Of a stretch of 64,000 bases of DNA, positions 19,846 through 30,084 are shown piece after piece (position 1 is the stretch's first letter; each line of letters begins with the position of its first letter). Source of the DNA: Bacillota bacterium (lineage in GTDB: Bacteria; Bacillota; Clostridia; Clostridiales; Clostridiaceae); NCBI GenBank assembly GCA_023451395.1, contig JAEXZL010000042.1, positions 1,238 to 65,237 on the forward strand, written 5' to 3'. A model generated the notes under the pieces. It searched no databases, was not told the DNA's origin, and saw only the letters and a list, made by a program, of their open reading frames with translations. The position numbers and the translations under genes were made by a program.

Positions 19846-20538
19846 TTAATCATAAAATCTTATTCTGTCCTTATCCGTGGGGATTCCATTATATACTTTT
19901 CTCCATTCTCCTTCTTTGAATGATTCATACTGCTCAAAAGCACAAGGAAGTCCCTTTGCTGAAAGCATGTTACTACTATCCATGAGCTGAAAATGTAAAT
20001 GTGGAGAAAATGAATTTCCTGAATGTCCTACTTTTCCTAAATAATCACCTCTTTTTACACTTTGTCCAACAGATACCTTAATTGATCCTTTTTGTAGATG
20101 CACTAATCCAGCATAAACATGGTCACTGAATTTCATGATTATATAGTTGCCAGCAACGGATTGTATATTATCTTTTTTTGGGTTAAAGGCATAGGCATTT
20201 TTTATAGCAACAATCAAATCCGAAAGTAAATGAGCTCTTTTCCTTTCTTTATAACCATCTTCAGCTTTCACAATTACCCCATCCAATGGGGCATATACTT
20301 CTTGCCCCCAACAGTAACACTTACTTATAGGAACACCTAGAAGAAGATATGACAACCAATGCACAGGATAACTGGGCCACCCTTTTCTTTCCCAATCTAC
20401 TTGTAAAAAATCATAAGCATATCGTGTTCCTAATTGATTTGTTCCGTGGCTGGGTATCTTTTTACCCGGAGTAGTAGGGGCTAACCATTCCCCCCTTAAA
20501 GGAAACTCAACAATTACTGGTTTATTTATATCATTCAT
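19846..20538 (-). CDS. M23 family metallopeptidase-like protein (no signal peptide visible)
   Basis: SHG..YAYDF, GNYII, HL..GS, GHSGNSFSPHLHFQ. Confidence 0.8.
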   Translation of the reverse strand: MNDINKPVIVEFPLRGEWLAPTTPGKKIPSHGTNQLGTRYAYDFLQVDWERKGWPSYPVHWLSYLLLGVPISKCYCWGQEVYAPLDGVIVKAEDGYKERKRAHLLSDLIVAIKNAYAFNPKKDNIQSVAGNYIIMKFSDHVYAGLVHLQKGSIKVSVGQSVKRGDYLGKVGHSGNSFSPHLHFQLMDSSNMLSAKGLPCAFEQYESFKEGEWRKVYNGIPTDKDRIRFYD

Positions 20539-20657
20539 TTTACGCCCCCATAATTTTCAATAATATCGTAAGCTTTAACACTAGAATTGTGATGCCTTGT
20601 AAGATTTAGGTAATTTCCTTTGGAATAAAAATGAAAAATCTTAATTCTTATATAGAT

Positions 20658-21293
20658 TTATTCATTACTTGATTCATAGAAAATTTTTCTAAGTTCATCA
20701 AAATATCCATCAACTCTTTCAATGATAAGCTCATAGTCTAAATCGGAGGTTTCTGAATTTCTGATATCATCTAATATTTGGTTCGTAAAGCCAATATTAG
20801 ACCAAAGTATAAACTGCTTACATTTTTCCATATCCAGACCTTCCCTAAATTTTGATTCATCTATCATATCAAATATTTGATTGTAGCATGATGATTGCTT
20901 TTTGCTCTCCCTTTCTTCAAGTTCTTTATTAATCTCGTTAGAATTGGTAACAATAGAAAGTTTATTAAACTCAAAAATCCAAGGATACCTTTTTAGTAAT
21001 TGAATTTGAAGAAGATATGATTGACGCAATCTATTAAAAATATCTTTTTCGTTGAAATCCAATAACTTATAGTATTTCTTATCAAGAAGGTCAGTGAAGT
21101 AGCCATATACAAAGAGAAAAAGTTCTTGCTTGCTATTTACATAATGAAACATCAGAGCTTTAGAAATTCCTGCTTCCTTTGCAATTACATTTGTTGAAGC
21201 ATTATCATAACCCTTCAAAGCAAATTCTTTCAATGCTGCATTTAGAATAGCGTCACGTCTTTGAGGTTCTAAATCCAATAATTTTATAAGCAT
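20658..21293 (-). CDS. TetR family regulator
   Basis: AALKEFALKGYDNASTNVIAKEAGISKALMFHY. Confidence 0.92.
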   Translation of the reverse strand: MLIKLLDLEPQRRDAILNAALKEFALKGYDNASTNVIAKEAGISKALMFHYVNSKQELFLFVYGYFTDLLDKKYYKLLDFNEKDIFNRLRQSYLLQIQLLKRYPWIFEFNKLSIVTNSNEINKELEERESKKQSSCYNQIFDMIDESKFREGLDMEKCKQFILWSNIGFTNQILDDIRNSETSDLDYELIIERVDGYFDELRKIFYESSNE

Positions 21294-21323
21294 ATACGAT
21301 ACTCCTTAATATTAAAGCAATTG

Positions 21324-21377
21324 TATTAACCTATTAGGTAAATAGAATTATACCTCTGTTTACCTAATAGGTCAATA
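21324..21377 (-). promoter_or_regulatory. SigmaA promoter with two inverted TetR-type operators
   Basis: Minus strand TTGACC-17-TATAAT; 23-bp copies at 21324-21346 and 21355-21377 differ at 2 positions, each with an ACCTA-N-TAGGT core. Confidence 0.75.
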
Positions 21378-21588
21378 TGAAAACTTCATTCTAAATTCTT
21401 ATTACTTAGAGGGCTTGATAAAGAACAAGCAGAAAATGCTATTTCTTCAGTTGGTTGCCTTAGATGAGGAAGTGATTTGAGAAGGTAAAATTGAAAGTAG
21501 GTGATTTTACTTAATAATCATTATAATATGAGATTATGGAATATTTTAAAATAATAAATTAACATTTGGATAAATTGTAAAATATTGC

Positions 21589-21637
21589 TTGACTTCAAGA
21601 AGATAAAATGATAACCTTAACATACCGAACGGTCGGT
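21589..21637 (+). promoter_or_regulatory. Promoter and TetR-type operator
   Basis: TTGACT-17-TAACCT with TG; ACCGAACGGTCGGT palindrome at 21624-21637. Confidence 0.6.
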
Positions 21638-21702
21638 TTTAAATGAAATGTGATAATTGCGTTGATTAAATTAAATTAAAAAATTATTAGGAGGAATAGA
21701 AT

Positions 21703-22089
21703 ATGAAAATTGACTTAACTAATGTGTTTGTTGATGACACCAATAAGGCTTTAAAATTTTATACGGAGGTATTGGGTTTCTATAAGAAAGTACATATAAC
21801 AGAAATAAATTGGATAACAGTTGTTTCGCCGGAAGAACCAGAGGGTACACAATTGCTACTGGAACCTAATAGTAACCCCGCTTCAATAGAATATCAAAAA
21901 TCTCTTTTTGAGCAGGGGATACCTGCAGCATCCTTTGCTGTTGACGACATAGAGAAGGAGTATGAAAGATTGGCTGAGTTAGGAGTGGAATTTACTATGA
22001 AACCGTCGAAAACAATAGGATCTATTATTTCCGTATTTAAAGATACCTGTGGCAACCTCATACAGCTTCATCAAATAACTGATATTTAG
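21703..22089 (+). CDS. VOC / glyoxalase / bleomycin resistance family protein
   Basis: VFVDD..KALKFYTEVLGF, FAVDDIEKEYERL, FKDTCGNLIQL. Confidence 0.9.
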   Translation: MKIDLTNVFVDDTNKALKFYTEVLGFYKKVHITEINWITVVSPEEPEGTQLLLEPNSNPASIEYQKSLFEQGIPAASFAVDDIEKEYERLAELGVEFTMKPSKTIGSIISVFKDTCGNLIQLHQITDI

Positions 22090-22139
22090 TATGGATACAC
22101 AGCTTCAATCATTGAAGGAAATGAAAAAGGAGGATCAGC

Positions 22140-22736
22140 GTGAAAAATACAAAAGAGCATATTTTGAATGTTACCTTTAAGCTTTTTCTACAAAAGAGTT
22201 TTAAGGAAGTTACTATGAAGGAGATTGTAGAAGAAACAGGGCTTTCAAAAGGTGCTCTTTATCACTATTTCACCAGTAAGGAGCAGATTTTTTTAGAGCT
22301 GGTGAATAATGTCTTTTCTTCTGTACTTGATGTTCCTTACTATCAATTTAGTAGAGAATCACTTTACAATTTTTATATTGACTATATTAACTACTATGTG
22401 GAGAATTTAAAGCAAAATAATATAGACGGAGAAGTCAGTACCCCTAGCTTTAATTATATTTCTTTAATTTTTGATGCCATAAAAGTTTTTCCGGATTTTC
22501 AGGAAAGGTTGCAGGAGTTTAAAGAGATTCAGCTAAAGAGTTGGATGAATGTCATTCACTCTGCCAGAGAAAAAGGGGAGATTGATTCTCCTATGAGTGA
22601 TGAGCAAATAGCGAAAATGTTCATAAGCTCATCCAGCGGAATTGAAATAAACAATATCACTAGAGGAAGTAGAGAGGAAATCGGAAAAACTTTATTAAGT
22701 TTATGGGACGGCTTCTATGAAGAATTAAAATCATAA
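22140..22736 (+). CDS. TetR family regulator
   Basis: VTMKEIVEETGLSKGALYHYF. Confidence 0.92.
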   Translation: MKNTKEHILNVTFKLFLQKSFKEVTMKEIVEETGLSKGALYHYFTSKEQIFLELVNNVFSSVLDVPYYQFSRESLYNFYIDYINYYVENLKQNNIDGEVSTPSFNYISLIFDAIKVFPDFQERLQEFKEIQLKSWMNVIHSAREKGEIDSPMSDEQIAKMFISSSSGIEINNITRGSREEIGKTLLSLWDGFYEELKS

Positions 22737-22773
22737 TTTATTTAAAGTACGAAGACAAGGAGGGGTATAAGAA

Positions 22774-23051
22774 ATGGACAATGAAAAATGTGATTTGTTT
22801 CATCTTAATGGTGTTAAAGAAAAGAAATTGAAAGTGATTGACGGATTCACGATTAAATATCATGTAATGGAACCACTCCTTGGTCTAAAGGCAAGAGGGT
22901 AAATGGTCACCCAGAAGGCTATTGGGAATGGTATCCACTGGATGGCACCATTAAACGTTTAGGCTTTTTTAGAAAGGGTGAACCCATAGGTGAGTGGGTT
23001 ACCTACGATAAAAAAGGAGCAAAGCATAAGATAACCCAAAGAGGAATTTGA
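22774..23051 (+). pseudogene. Frameshifted small MORN-variant / YwqK-like beta-repeat protein
   Basis: AGGAGG RBS, ATG 22774 MDNEK...TIKYH, then a frame change near 22864 gives NGTTPWSKGKRVNGHPEGYWEWYPLDGTIKRLGFFRKGEPIGEWVTYD...*. Confidence 0.7.
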
Positions 23052-23066
23052 AAGGAGCACAATAAC

Positions 23067-23705
23067 ATGAATTATGGCCCGAACCCTAATAGTATTTATC
23101 CAAATGAGAAAATAAAAAGCATATGCTACATAAAAAATGTAATTACTAGGCCTAATATAATTGTTGGTGAGTACACATATTATGATGATATAAATGGTCC
23201 AGAAGGATTTGAAAAGCAGGTTACACACCACTATGAGTTCTTAGGTGACAAGCTCATTATTGGTAAGTTTTGTGCAATAGCAAAGGGAATAGAATTTATA
23301 ATGAATGGAGCAAACCATAGAATGGGAAGCATAACTACCTATCCTTTTAATATCATGGGAAATGGTTGGGAGAAATCCACTCCTTCCTTAGAAGATTTAC
23401 CATTTAAAGGTGATACAGTGATCGGCAATGATGTCTGGATTGGACAAAATGTCACTGTTATGCCTGGAGTACATGTGGGGGATGGTGCGATTATTGCTGC
23501 AAATTCTCTTGTGGCAAGTGATATACCAGCTTATCACATAGCAGGTGGTAATCCATGCAGAAGAATAAGAAAAAGATTTGATGATGAATTAATAAATTAT
23601 CTTTTAGACTTAAAATGGTGGGATTGGACTGCTAAGAAAATATTTGATAATCTTGATATCCTATGCAGTGGAGATTTAACAAAAATCAAGGAAATTGTAA
23701 AATGA
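23067..23705 (+). CDS. vat: Vat/CatB family O-acetyltransferase (streptogramin A acetyltransferase-like)
   Basis: GPNPNSIYP N-terminus, GEYTYYDD, HHYEFLGDKLIIGKFCAIA, NGANH, GNDVWIG hexapeptide repeats, LKWWDW. Confidence 0.82.
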   Translation: MNYGPNPNSIYPNEKIKSICYIKNVITRPNIIVGEYTYYDDINGPEGFEKQVTHHYEFLGDKLIIGKFCAIAKGIEFIMNGANHRMGSITTYPFNIMGNGWEKSTPSLEDLPFKGDTVIGNDVWIGQNVTVMPGVHVGDGAIIAANSLVASDIPAYHIAGGNPCRRIRKRFDDELINYLLDLKWWDWTAKKIFDNLDILCSGDLTKIKEIVK

Positions 23706-23798
23706 TAAATTCCAGTTTGAAAAAGAGTAGTGATTTTAACTACTTAGATAATAGGACATAAGAAATGTATAAGAAATATAATGTTTAAATCCATAGTT

Positions 23799-23837
23799 AG
23801 GTGTAGCTCTCTACTTAAGAAGTAGAAAGCTACACCT
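23799..23837. terminator. Terminator hairpin between convergent genes
   Basis: AGGTGTAGCT...AGCTACACCT with an inner CTACTT/AAGTAG stem. Confidence 0.65.
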
Positions 23838-23845
23838 TTATAATT

Positions 23846-25183
23846 TTATCTATCCAAGCCTTGCTTCTTAAGCTTTATATAATACCATATGCCTGTGATA
23901 TCCGCTAGAAGCCAGCCAATAGGAACTGAAAGCCAAATTCCCGTTACTCCTATAAAAGGAACTGCTGATAATAAGTATGCAAGAATAACTCTAGTTCCAA
24001 GAGAAATAACCGTTAAAACAACTGACATTCCTGGTTTATTAATTGCCCGATAAAAACCATAAAGTAAAAATAAAAGTCCTATGCCAATATAGAAGAAGCC
24101 TTCTATTCTTAAATAGCTCACACCTATATCAATAATTTCCTTTTCCCATGGATGAATAAAAATTTCCATGAGTGGCTTTGCAAAGACCCATACTACAGTG
24201 GTAACCATTATGCAGAATATAGATGCACACAGTATAGCACTATGAATGCCTTTCTGTATTCTATCATTCTTTCCTGCACCGTAATTTTGAGCTGTGTATG
24301 TAGAGAAGGCATTGCCAAAATCCTGAACAGGCATATATGCAAAGGAATCTATTTTAACTGCTGCTGCAAATGCTGCCATCACCACAGTTCCAAAGCTGTT
24401 GATTAGGCCCTGCACCATTAATATACCAAAATTCATCACAGATTGTTGAATACAGGTAAGAAAGGAAAGAGAACTTATTTCTTTTAAGATTTCACCATTC
24501 CATTGCATATGACGCTTTTCAATTCTTAAACTTTTAAAACGCAGCAGGGTATAAATCATAATACCAAGTCCAGATACAAATTGGGAAAAAACAGTGGCAA
24601 TGGCTGCTCCCGTTACTCCCCACTGAAATATTAATACAAATACTAAGTCCAATATTACATTCAAAACAGCGGACACTCCTAAAAAGGCTAAGGGTGTAAC
24701 AGAATTTCCAACTGCCCGGAGTAGATTGGCAAAATAATTGTAAAGAAATGTGGCTGATATTCCAGTAAAAATCACCCATAAATAGTCTTTCATAAGAGGA
24801 ACAATGTCTGAGGGCACCCTAAGTATCCTAATAATAGTATCAAGGCCGATAAAAACAGCCAGATTCAAAACTATAGTAACTACAGCAATTAAAATAAAGG
24901 ATATAAAGATACTGCTTTTTAAATGTTCATAATCCTTTTTTCCATATTGAATTGAAAATGCTGCACCACTTCCCATTGAAAGACCCAAGAGAATGGATGT
25001 CAGGAAAACCATCAGTGTATAAGAGGAACCTACAGCGGCAAGAGCTTCCGGTCCAAGAAATCGTCCTACAATCCATGTATCTGCTACATTGTATAGTTGT
25101 TGTAAAAGATTCCCTAACATTAAGGGAAAGGCAAACCGCAAGAGGTTTCCTGTAATATTTCCAGTGGTTAAATCTCTCTGCAT
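23846..25183 (-). CDS. MATE family efflux transporter
   Basis: LQQLYNVADTWIVG, LRAVGNSVTP, NVILD, QNYGAG; multiple TM helices. Confidence 0.92.
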   Translation of the reverse strand: MQRDLTTGNITGNLLRFAFPLMLGNLLQQLYNVADTWIVGRFLGPEALAAVGSSYTLMVFLTSILLGLSMGSGAAFSIQYGKKDYEHLKSSIFISFILIAVVTIVLNLAVFIGLDTIIRILRVPSDIVPLMKDYLWVIFTGISATFLYNYFANLLRAVGNSVTPLAFLGVSAVLNVILDLVFVLIFQWGVTGAAIATVFSQFVSGLGIMIYTLLRFKSLRIEKRHMQWNGEILKEISSLSFLTCIQQSVMNFGILMVQGLINSFGTVVMAAFAAAVKIDSFAYMPVQDFGNAFSTYTAQNYGAGKNDRIQKGIHSAILCASIFCIMVTTVVWVFAKPLMEIFIHPWEKEIIDIGVSYLRIEGFFYIGIGLLFLLYGFYRAINKPGMSVVLTVISLGTRVILAYLLSAVPFIGVTGIWLSVPIGWLLADITGIWYYIKLKKQGLDR

Positions 25184-25345
25184 TTAGTCTTCTCCTTTAA
25201 ATTTCATAAAGAAAGTAAAATTTATCATTATGAAACAAAGATTATCAAATATATTTCTAATTGTCAAACTAGAGGTTACTATATGATAAGATAAACTTTT
25301 ATGTTATAATGACACCAATAAGCATGGTAAAAGGAGAGAAGAGAA

Positions 25346-25804
25346 GTGTACTTAGATTCTTTGGATATTCTAGATCAAAAAATACTATTATTGCTAATTA
25401 AAAATGCTCGCTGTTCCTATTCTGAAATTGGTGATAAAGTAGGGCTTTCAAGAGTGGCAGTAAAAACTCGAATTGATGCTTTAGAAAAAAAGGGAGTTAT
25501 CGAGGAGTACACTACCATAATTAATCCTCAAAAAATTAGTGGAGCTGTATCTTGTTATTTTGAAATAGAAACGGATCCTCAAAAATTGCAAGAGGTAATT
25601 GATATACTTTATAAAAATGATACGGTTACGCAAATTTATCGCATGACTGGAAGCAGCAGCCTTCACGTTCATGCTGTTGCTTCTTCCCAAGGAAATCTAG
25701 AAAATTTTATGGAAAAGGTAATAGATTCTTTACCTGGTGTCCTACGTGTTAATTCTCACGTCATTCTTTCTCGCATTAAGGACGTAAAGGGATTACGCCT
25801 TTGA
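25346..25804 (+). CDS. Lrp/AsnC family regulator
   Basis: LDILDQKIL..NARCSYSEIGDKVGLS..RIDALEKKGVI; divergent from the MATE gene. Confidence 0.9.
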   Translation: MYLDSLDILDQKILLLLIKNARCSYSEIGDKVGLSRVAVKTRIDALEKKGVIEEYTTIINPQKISGAVSCYFEIETDPQKLQEVIDILYKNDTVTQIYRMTGSSSLHVHAVASSQGNLENFMEKVIDSLPGVLRVNSHVILSRIKDVKGLRL

Positions 25805-25840
25805 TACTCCCAAATATAAATAGTGTAGTACCATTAGAAA

Positions 25841-25889
25841 AATACCTGTAAAGCAACGCTAGATTTAATAGCGTTGACTTACAGGTATT
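25841..25889. terminator. Terminator hairpin between convergent genes
   Basis: AATACCTGTAA..CAACGCTA / TAGCGTTG..TTACAGGTATT. Confidence 0.65.
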
Positions 25890-25919
25890 ACAAATTAAGC
25901 AATCAAAGTATATTCTTTT

Positions 25920-26465
25920 CTATGATACTTCATTGGTTTTGGGAGGAAGCCCTTCAAAAAGCTTCTTTGTGGTATTGAATGCCACAAGGAAGAAAATGGA
26001 TATAATAAAGGATATGATGATACAGATTAATGCTAGAAGTTGTGACATGAAAGCAATATAGCTCACAAGCTTAAAAATGGCCATTATATTCCAGATGTTT
26101 CTTAGTTTTTCCCCATTCAGCTTAGTGCCACGGACACTTTCAATATCTCTAACTCCAGTAACTATAACATAAGAAATATACAGGGAGATAATGGTACTGA
26201 TAATGCCTAAAAGTATAGATATAAATCCCAAACCAGAAGAAGCACCAAGTAAATCCAAAACATATAGTATTGCAGAATAGACGCTCATGCCTACCGCCCA
26301 GGGACGAGCCTTTAAGAAAATACTGCTTTCAGAGGCAACTTCATCTAAGCCCTTTATGAGAATGATATACCCCACAAAGTCTGGTAGCAAGCCTATGGTG
26401 GAGGTATTAATATTTAAATTAAAATCTAAGAAAATTAATAGAAAGCCTATAAAAATATTTTTCAT
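25920..26465 (-). CDS. Hypothetical membrane protein
   Basis: Several hydrophobic segments, LLPDFVGY motif; ATGA overlap with the upstream gene. Confidence 0.75.
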   Translation of the reverse strand: MKNIFIGFLLIFLDFNLNINTSTIGLLPDFVGYIILIKGLDEVASESSIFLKARPWAVGMSVYSAILYVLDLLGASSGLGFISILLGIISTIISLYISYVIVTGVRDIESVRGTKLNGEKLRNIWNIMAIFKLVSYIAFMSQLLALICIIISFIISIFFLVAFNTTKKLFEGLPPKTNEVS

Positions 26466-26998
26466 TTACTGAACACACCTTTCTTTGCATATCTCTTACC
26501 ATAATATACTACCGCTGCACCACCGATAATTTTGGCTATACCATAGATAACAGACAGCCATAGGACATTTAATGGCGCATTGACAACTCCACTTACTTCA
26601 ATTACATCTCCAGCATTTCCCACAAAGCTTGTCATTGTTCCCCAGATAGCACGAACCATAATAATCTGGATAAAATCCAATAATCCCCATACAATAAGAC
26701 CATAGCCGAGGAAATATCCTTTTGACTTGAATAGCTGTAGAAGTTGATTAAAGAAATCATGCATTGAGCCTTCATCTGGTTTTGGAGCTACTGGCTGTTC
26801 CTCCTGATCCTTAAGAAGATAATCTATTGAAACATGAAATATTTCGCTAATACGAATTACCTTTTCCGTTTCTGGCATGGTTTCATCTCTCTCCCATTTA
26901 GATACAGCTTGTCTTGACACCTCAAGAATTTCAGCCAACTTGTCCTGTGATAAGCCTTCCTTTAGCCTTAGTTGTTGTAGTTTTTTACCAAAGGTCAT
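26462..26998 (-). CDS. XRE family HTH regulator with C-terminal TM helices
   Basis: LSQDKLAEILEVSRQAVSKWE; AAGGAG RBS supports start MTFGKK at 26998. Confidence 0.85.
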   Translation of the reverse strand: MTFGKKLQQLRLKEGLSQDKLAEILEVSRQAVSKWERDETMPETEKVIRISEIFHVSIDYLLKDQEEQPVAPKPDEGSMHDFFNQLLQLFKSKGYFLGYGLIVWGLLDFIQIIMVRAIWGTMTSFVGNAGDVIEVSGVVNAPLNVLWLSVIYGIAKIIGGAAVVYYGKRYAKKGVFSK

Positions 26999-27267
26999 AA
27001 TATTAATCTCCTTTATGTTTTTTACTTTTAGCATATACATGAGTATGGTTGCCTTCAAGCAACTGAACACGGAATATCCGCAACTTGAAGTTTCCTTTGA
27101 AAAATTGCACCAAATTATTAAAGGATATATCTATAGTTTAATAATATATTTACAATTTTTCAACGATTCAATTTTAGCATAGAATATCTAAGGCTATATG
27201 ATATCTTGTATCAAGATACATAACACTTTTATATAATAATAATAGTAAAAATATAATTGGAGAAAAC

Positions 27268-28179
27268 ATGAATAAAAATGAAAAGTATATAATTCAATCC
27301 CTTGAATTGCATTTGTTTTTTGCAAGGATAATGAAAGAACATTCTATTTTTTTAGAGGCTGGATTTACACCAAGGAATGCTGATTTTGCTAGGCAGGCTG
27401 ATGTTTTTAAGCTGCAGTTTGAAACGATTTTGCATAATGCAGTGATATTAAGTAATGGTATAGTAAGCAATAATGTCTTAGCCTCCGGAGAGGTTATAAC
27501 TGAGTTTACCCTAGAAACAGAAAGAAAAACTGAAGATCTTACAGGGATTAATATCAATCAGAATATAACAATGATGGAAGCTAATCTTCTTGGAAGTAAT
27601 AATCCTAGGATTACTCCAGAACTAGCCAGTAATGTAAATGAATTAAATTACTTTGCAAAAATTAGCGTGGAGAATTTGATTCAATTTAAGGAAAGATTAT
27701 TAAGTGATGTTTTAGACTGTAAAATGTTTACTGTAAACTATCCTCTTCTTATTGATCATATATTAAGAGAAGCAAAATTATACCATGACTTTTTAATTTG
27801 TTTAGAAAATGGTAAGGATTTAGATACAACAGACTTTAAGGAAATGGAATTATTTTGGGATCAAATAATGATGGAACATGCATTATTCATTAGAGGGCTA
27901 TTAGATCCAACTGAAGGAGAGCTTATTAATACTGCAAATGATTTCGCTGGTGATTATGGACGATTAATAGAAAAAACAAGAGAAGCCAATGATTACACAA
28001 TTATGAGTATATCAAAAGATACTTTGAAGGAGACTATTAAGTATCAAAACTTTAAAACAGCAGGAACTCAGGGGATAACAGAGTGCAATATTAAATCTAT
28101 AATAGTACCGCTATTAGCAGATCATGTTTTAAGAGAATCAAATCATTTTATACGAATACTAAAAAATTACATTAATTAA
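27268..28179 (+). CDS. DUF2935 family protein
   Basis: Repeated FF/FW..IMxEH and DHxLRE motifs. Confidence 0.78.
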   Translation: MNKNEKYIIQSLELHLFFARIMKEHSIFLEAGFTPRNADFARQADVFKLQFETILHNAVILSNGIVSNNVLASGEVITEFTLETERKTEDLTGININQNITMMEANLLGSNNPRITPELASNVNELNYFAKISVENLIQFKERLLSDVLDCKMFTVNYPLLIDHILREAKLYHDFLICLENGKDLDTTDFKEMELFWDQIMMEHALFIRGLLDPTEGELINTANDFAGDYGRLIEKTREANDYTIMSISKDTLKETIKYQNFKTAGTQGITECNIKSIIVPLLADHVLRESNHFIRILKNYIN

Positions 28180-28266
28180 TAAAGTTTATGATAATCAAAG
28201 AAATAATAGAAATGAATTTTCACATATAAAAGAATTAACCGTAAGTTCTTTCTTTATTATTGTCAC

Positions 28267-28319
28267 TTTTCAATAAATAACAGAGGAGATAAGAGCACTC
28301 CTCTGTTATTTATTGAAAA
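28267..28319. terminator. Bidirectional terminator (perfect 22-bp stem)
   Basis: TTTTCAATAAATAACAGAGGAG-N9-CTCCTCTGTTATTTATTGAAAA. Confidence 0.75.
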
Positions 28320-28386
28320 TAATTTCATGTTTCTATACCAAGCTTACATTCCTATTGGTGATAATTATTTATTATTATAATACAAC

Positions 28387-28764
28387 CTAACATGAAGTGT
28401 CCTCACCAGATCTCCATTTATCTATAGTTAGTTTTATAAATGAATCTAGTCCTGTGTTATGAATATCTATAGATTTCTTAATTCTTATGCAGCCTTTTCC
28501 ATAATCAAATCCAGATAGTAGCATACTAGCATTTTCAATTTTTTCTATTGTTCCTACATATAAACTTACGTAAGATTTTTGAGCATTTAAAGCAAACAAG
28601 CTAGAGCTTTCATTGCCATAGCTCAGCATTTTGTATTGGATACTTTCCTCAAAATCAGGACCATACTCTAAAATGATTTTTCTTACCTCCATTAATTTTT
28701 CTTTTCTCCAATCATCTTCAAGCAATTGAAAGTATTCTTTAGGATTATTTGCCTCGTACTGCAT
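28387..28764 (-). CDS. DUF1801 (YdhG-like) protein
   Basis: EESIQYKML, NAQKSYVSLY, GKGCIRIKK; GGAGG RBS before MQYEAN. Confidence 0.75.
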   Translation of the reverse strand: MQYEANNPKEYFQLLEDDWRKEKLMEVRKIILEYGPDFEESIQYKMLSYGNESSSLFALNAQKSYVSLYVGTIEKIENASMLLSGFDYGKGCIRIKKSIDIHNTGLDSFIKLTIDKWRSGEDTSC

Positions 28765-29010
28765 TTTGATGCCTCCTTTAATCAAGTTAGGATTTACATT
28801 AAAAAGAAATATTCATTAAGTACTATAAACTATTATAATGAATTCTCCCATTAAATCTACATACTAACTACATAATTTCATGATAGACTCTAAATAATAG
28901 TTATTAGATAATATAAAATGTTAGTTAAATTAATATTTAACTTAATTTACAGTGATTAATAACCTAAAGGCAGTTAATTATTCATAATACAATATCAAAG
29001 GAGGACTATC

Positions 29011-29694
29011 ATGAAAAAAACAACTAAATATATCATTGGAGGTATCTTGATTATTGCTGTTGCAGTGATAAGTTGGCTTTTGTTAGATAATAACGGCAGC
29101 AGTAATAAAAAAGACAATGGCATTAACAGCCATATGGAAAATGTCCAGGATCCTAATCTACAAAACTATCTAAAAGAACAAGATGCAATAATGGATAGTA
29201 TGATGAAGGATATGGAGAACATACCTAAGACAGGTGATACTGCATTGGATTTTTTATATGGTATGATTCCTCATCATGAATCAGCTATAGCCATGTCTGA
29301 AAGTCTTTTAGAGTATGGAGGAGAGAATACTGAAATTAAGCAGATTGCTGAAAATATAATTAAAGATCAAGCAATTGAAAATGAAGATATGAAAAAAATG
29401 ATAAAGGAATTAGAAGAAAATCCTCAAGTTGACGAAGCAAAGGAAAATGCATATCTAGAGGACTATAATAAGATGCTTCAAGAGCCTATGTCTCATGATA
29501 TGAGTACACCCAAATCAGTAGATGAAGCCTATACTGAAGGTATGATTATGCATCATGAGATGGCAGTGGATATGTCAGAAACAATACTAAAGCATACGGA
29601 AAATGAAATGATTAAAAAAATGGCACAGGATATAATAGAAAAGCAGAATAAAGAAATAACAGAGATGAAAATATTACTTGAGAGCATGAAGTAG
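29011..29694 (+). CDS. DUF305 family membrane-anchored ferritin-like protein
   Basis: N-terminal TM; two MIxHHE motifs. Confidence 0.85.
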   Translation: MKKTTKYIIGGILIIAVAVISWLLLDNNGSSNKKDNGINSHMENVQDPNLQNYLKEQDAIMDSMMKDMENIPKTGDTALDFLYGMIPHHESAIAMSESLLEYGGENTEIKQIAENIIKDQAIENEDMKKMIKELEENPQVDEAKENAYLEDYNKMLQEPMSHDMSTPKSVDEAYTEGMIMHHEMAVDMSETILKHTENEMIKKMAQDIIEKQNKEITEMKILLESMK

Positions 29695-29768
29695 TGGGGT
29701 AAATCACGAACTTAAAGTATAAAAAGTATGATTTTTATAACAATACCATTTATTATAGAATCATATGC

Positions 29769-29811
29769 AAAAGAAGCAGCTATAGAAATTTTACTTCTAT
29801 GCTGCTTCTTT
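29769..29811 (+). terminator. Intrinsic terminator
   Basis: AAAGAAGCAGC...GCTGCTTCTTT. Confidence 0.65.
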
Positions 29812-30084
29812 CTTAATTAATAAGATAATAATTAGCTACATATCATATGAAAAAAATTTTTAGATGACCTTTGTAATACGACATAAAACAACAGAAGCTT
29901 ATCAAAAAAATGTATTTAACTGGATAATACATGGAAATTGTGTAAACGATTGATTAACATGTTGAAATATGTATTGCTAATCAATTAAATATAGGTCATA
30001 TTATAATTAAGAATATACTAATCATTGGAGCTAAAATCATAATTTACCTTTCAATAATTATTAACTAAGAGGAGTGATAAACAT

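Noticed and set aside
21378..21490. Coding-like fragment YLEGLDKEQAENAISSVGCLR*
   Set aside because: No start or RBS and no recognisable family; cannot be supported as a gene remnant
22959..23231. Minus-strand 90 aa hydrophobic ORF
   Set aside because: Antisense to vat and to the frameshifted gene
28267..28319. Perfect 22-bp inverted repeat (and the 19-bp one at 19774) as MITE or IS ends
   Set aside because: Single copy, tiny loop, between convergent genes; a bidirectional terminator explains it
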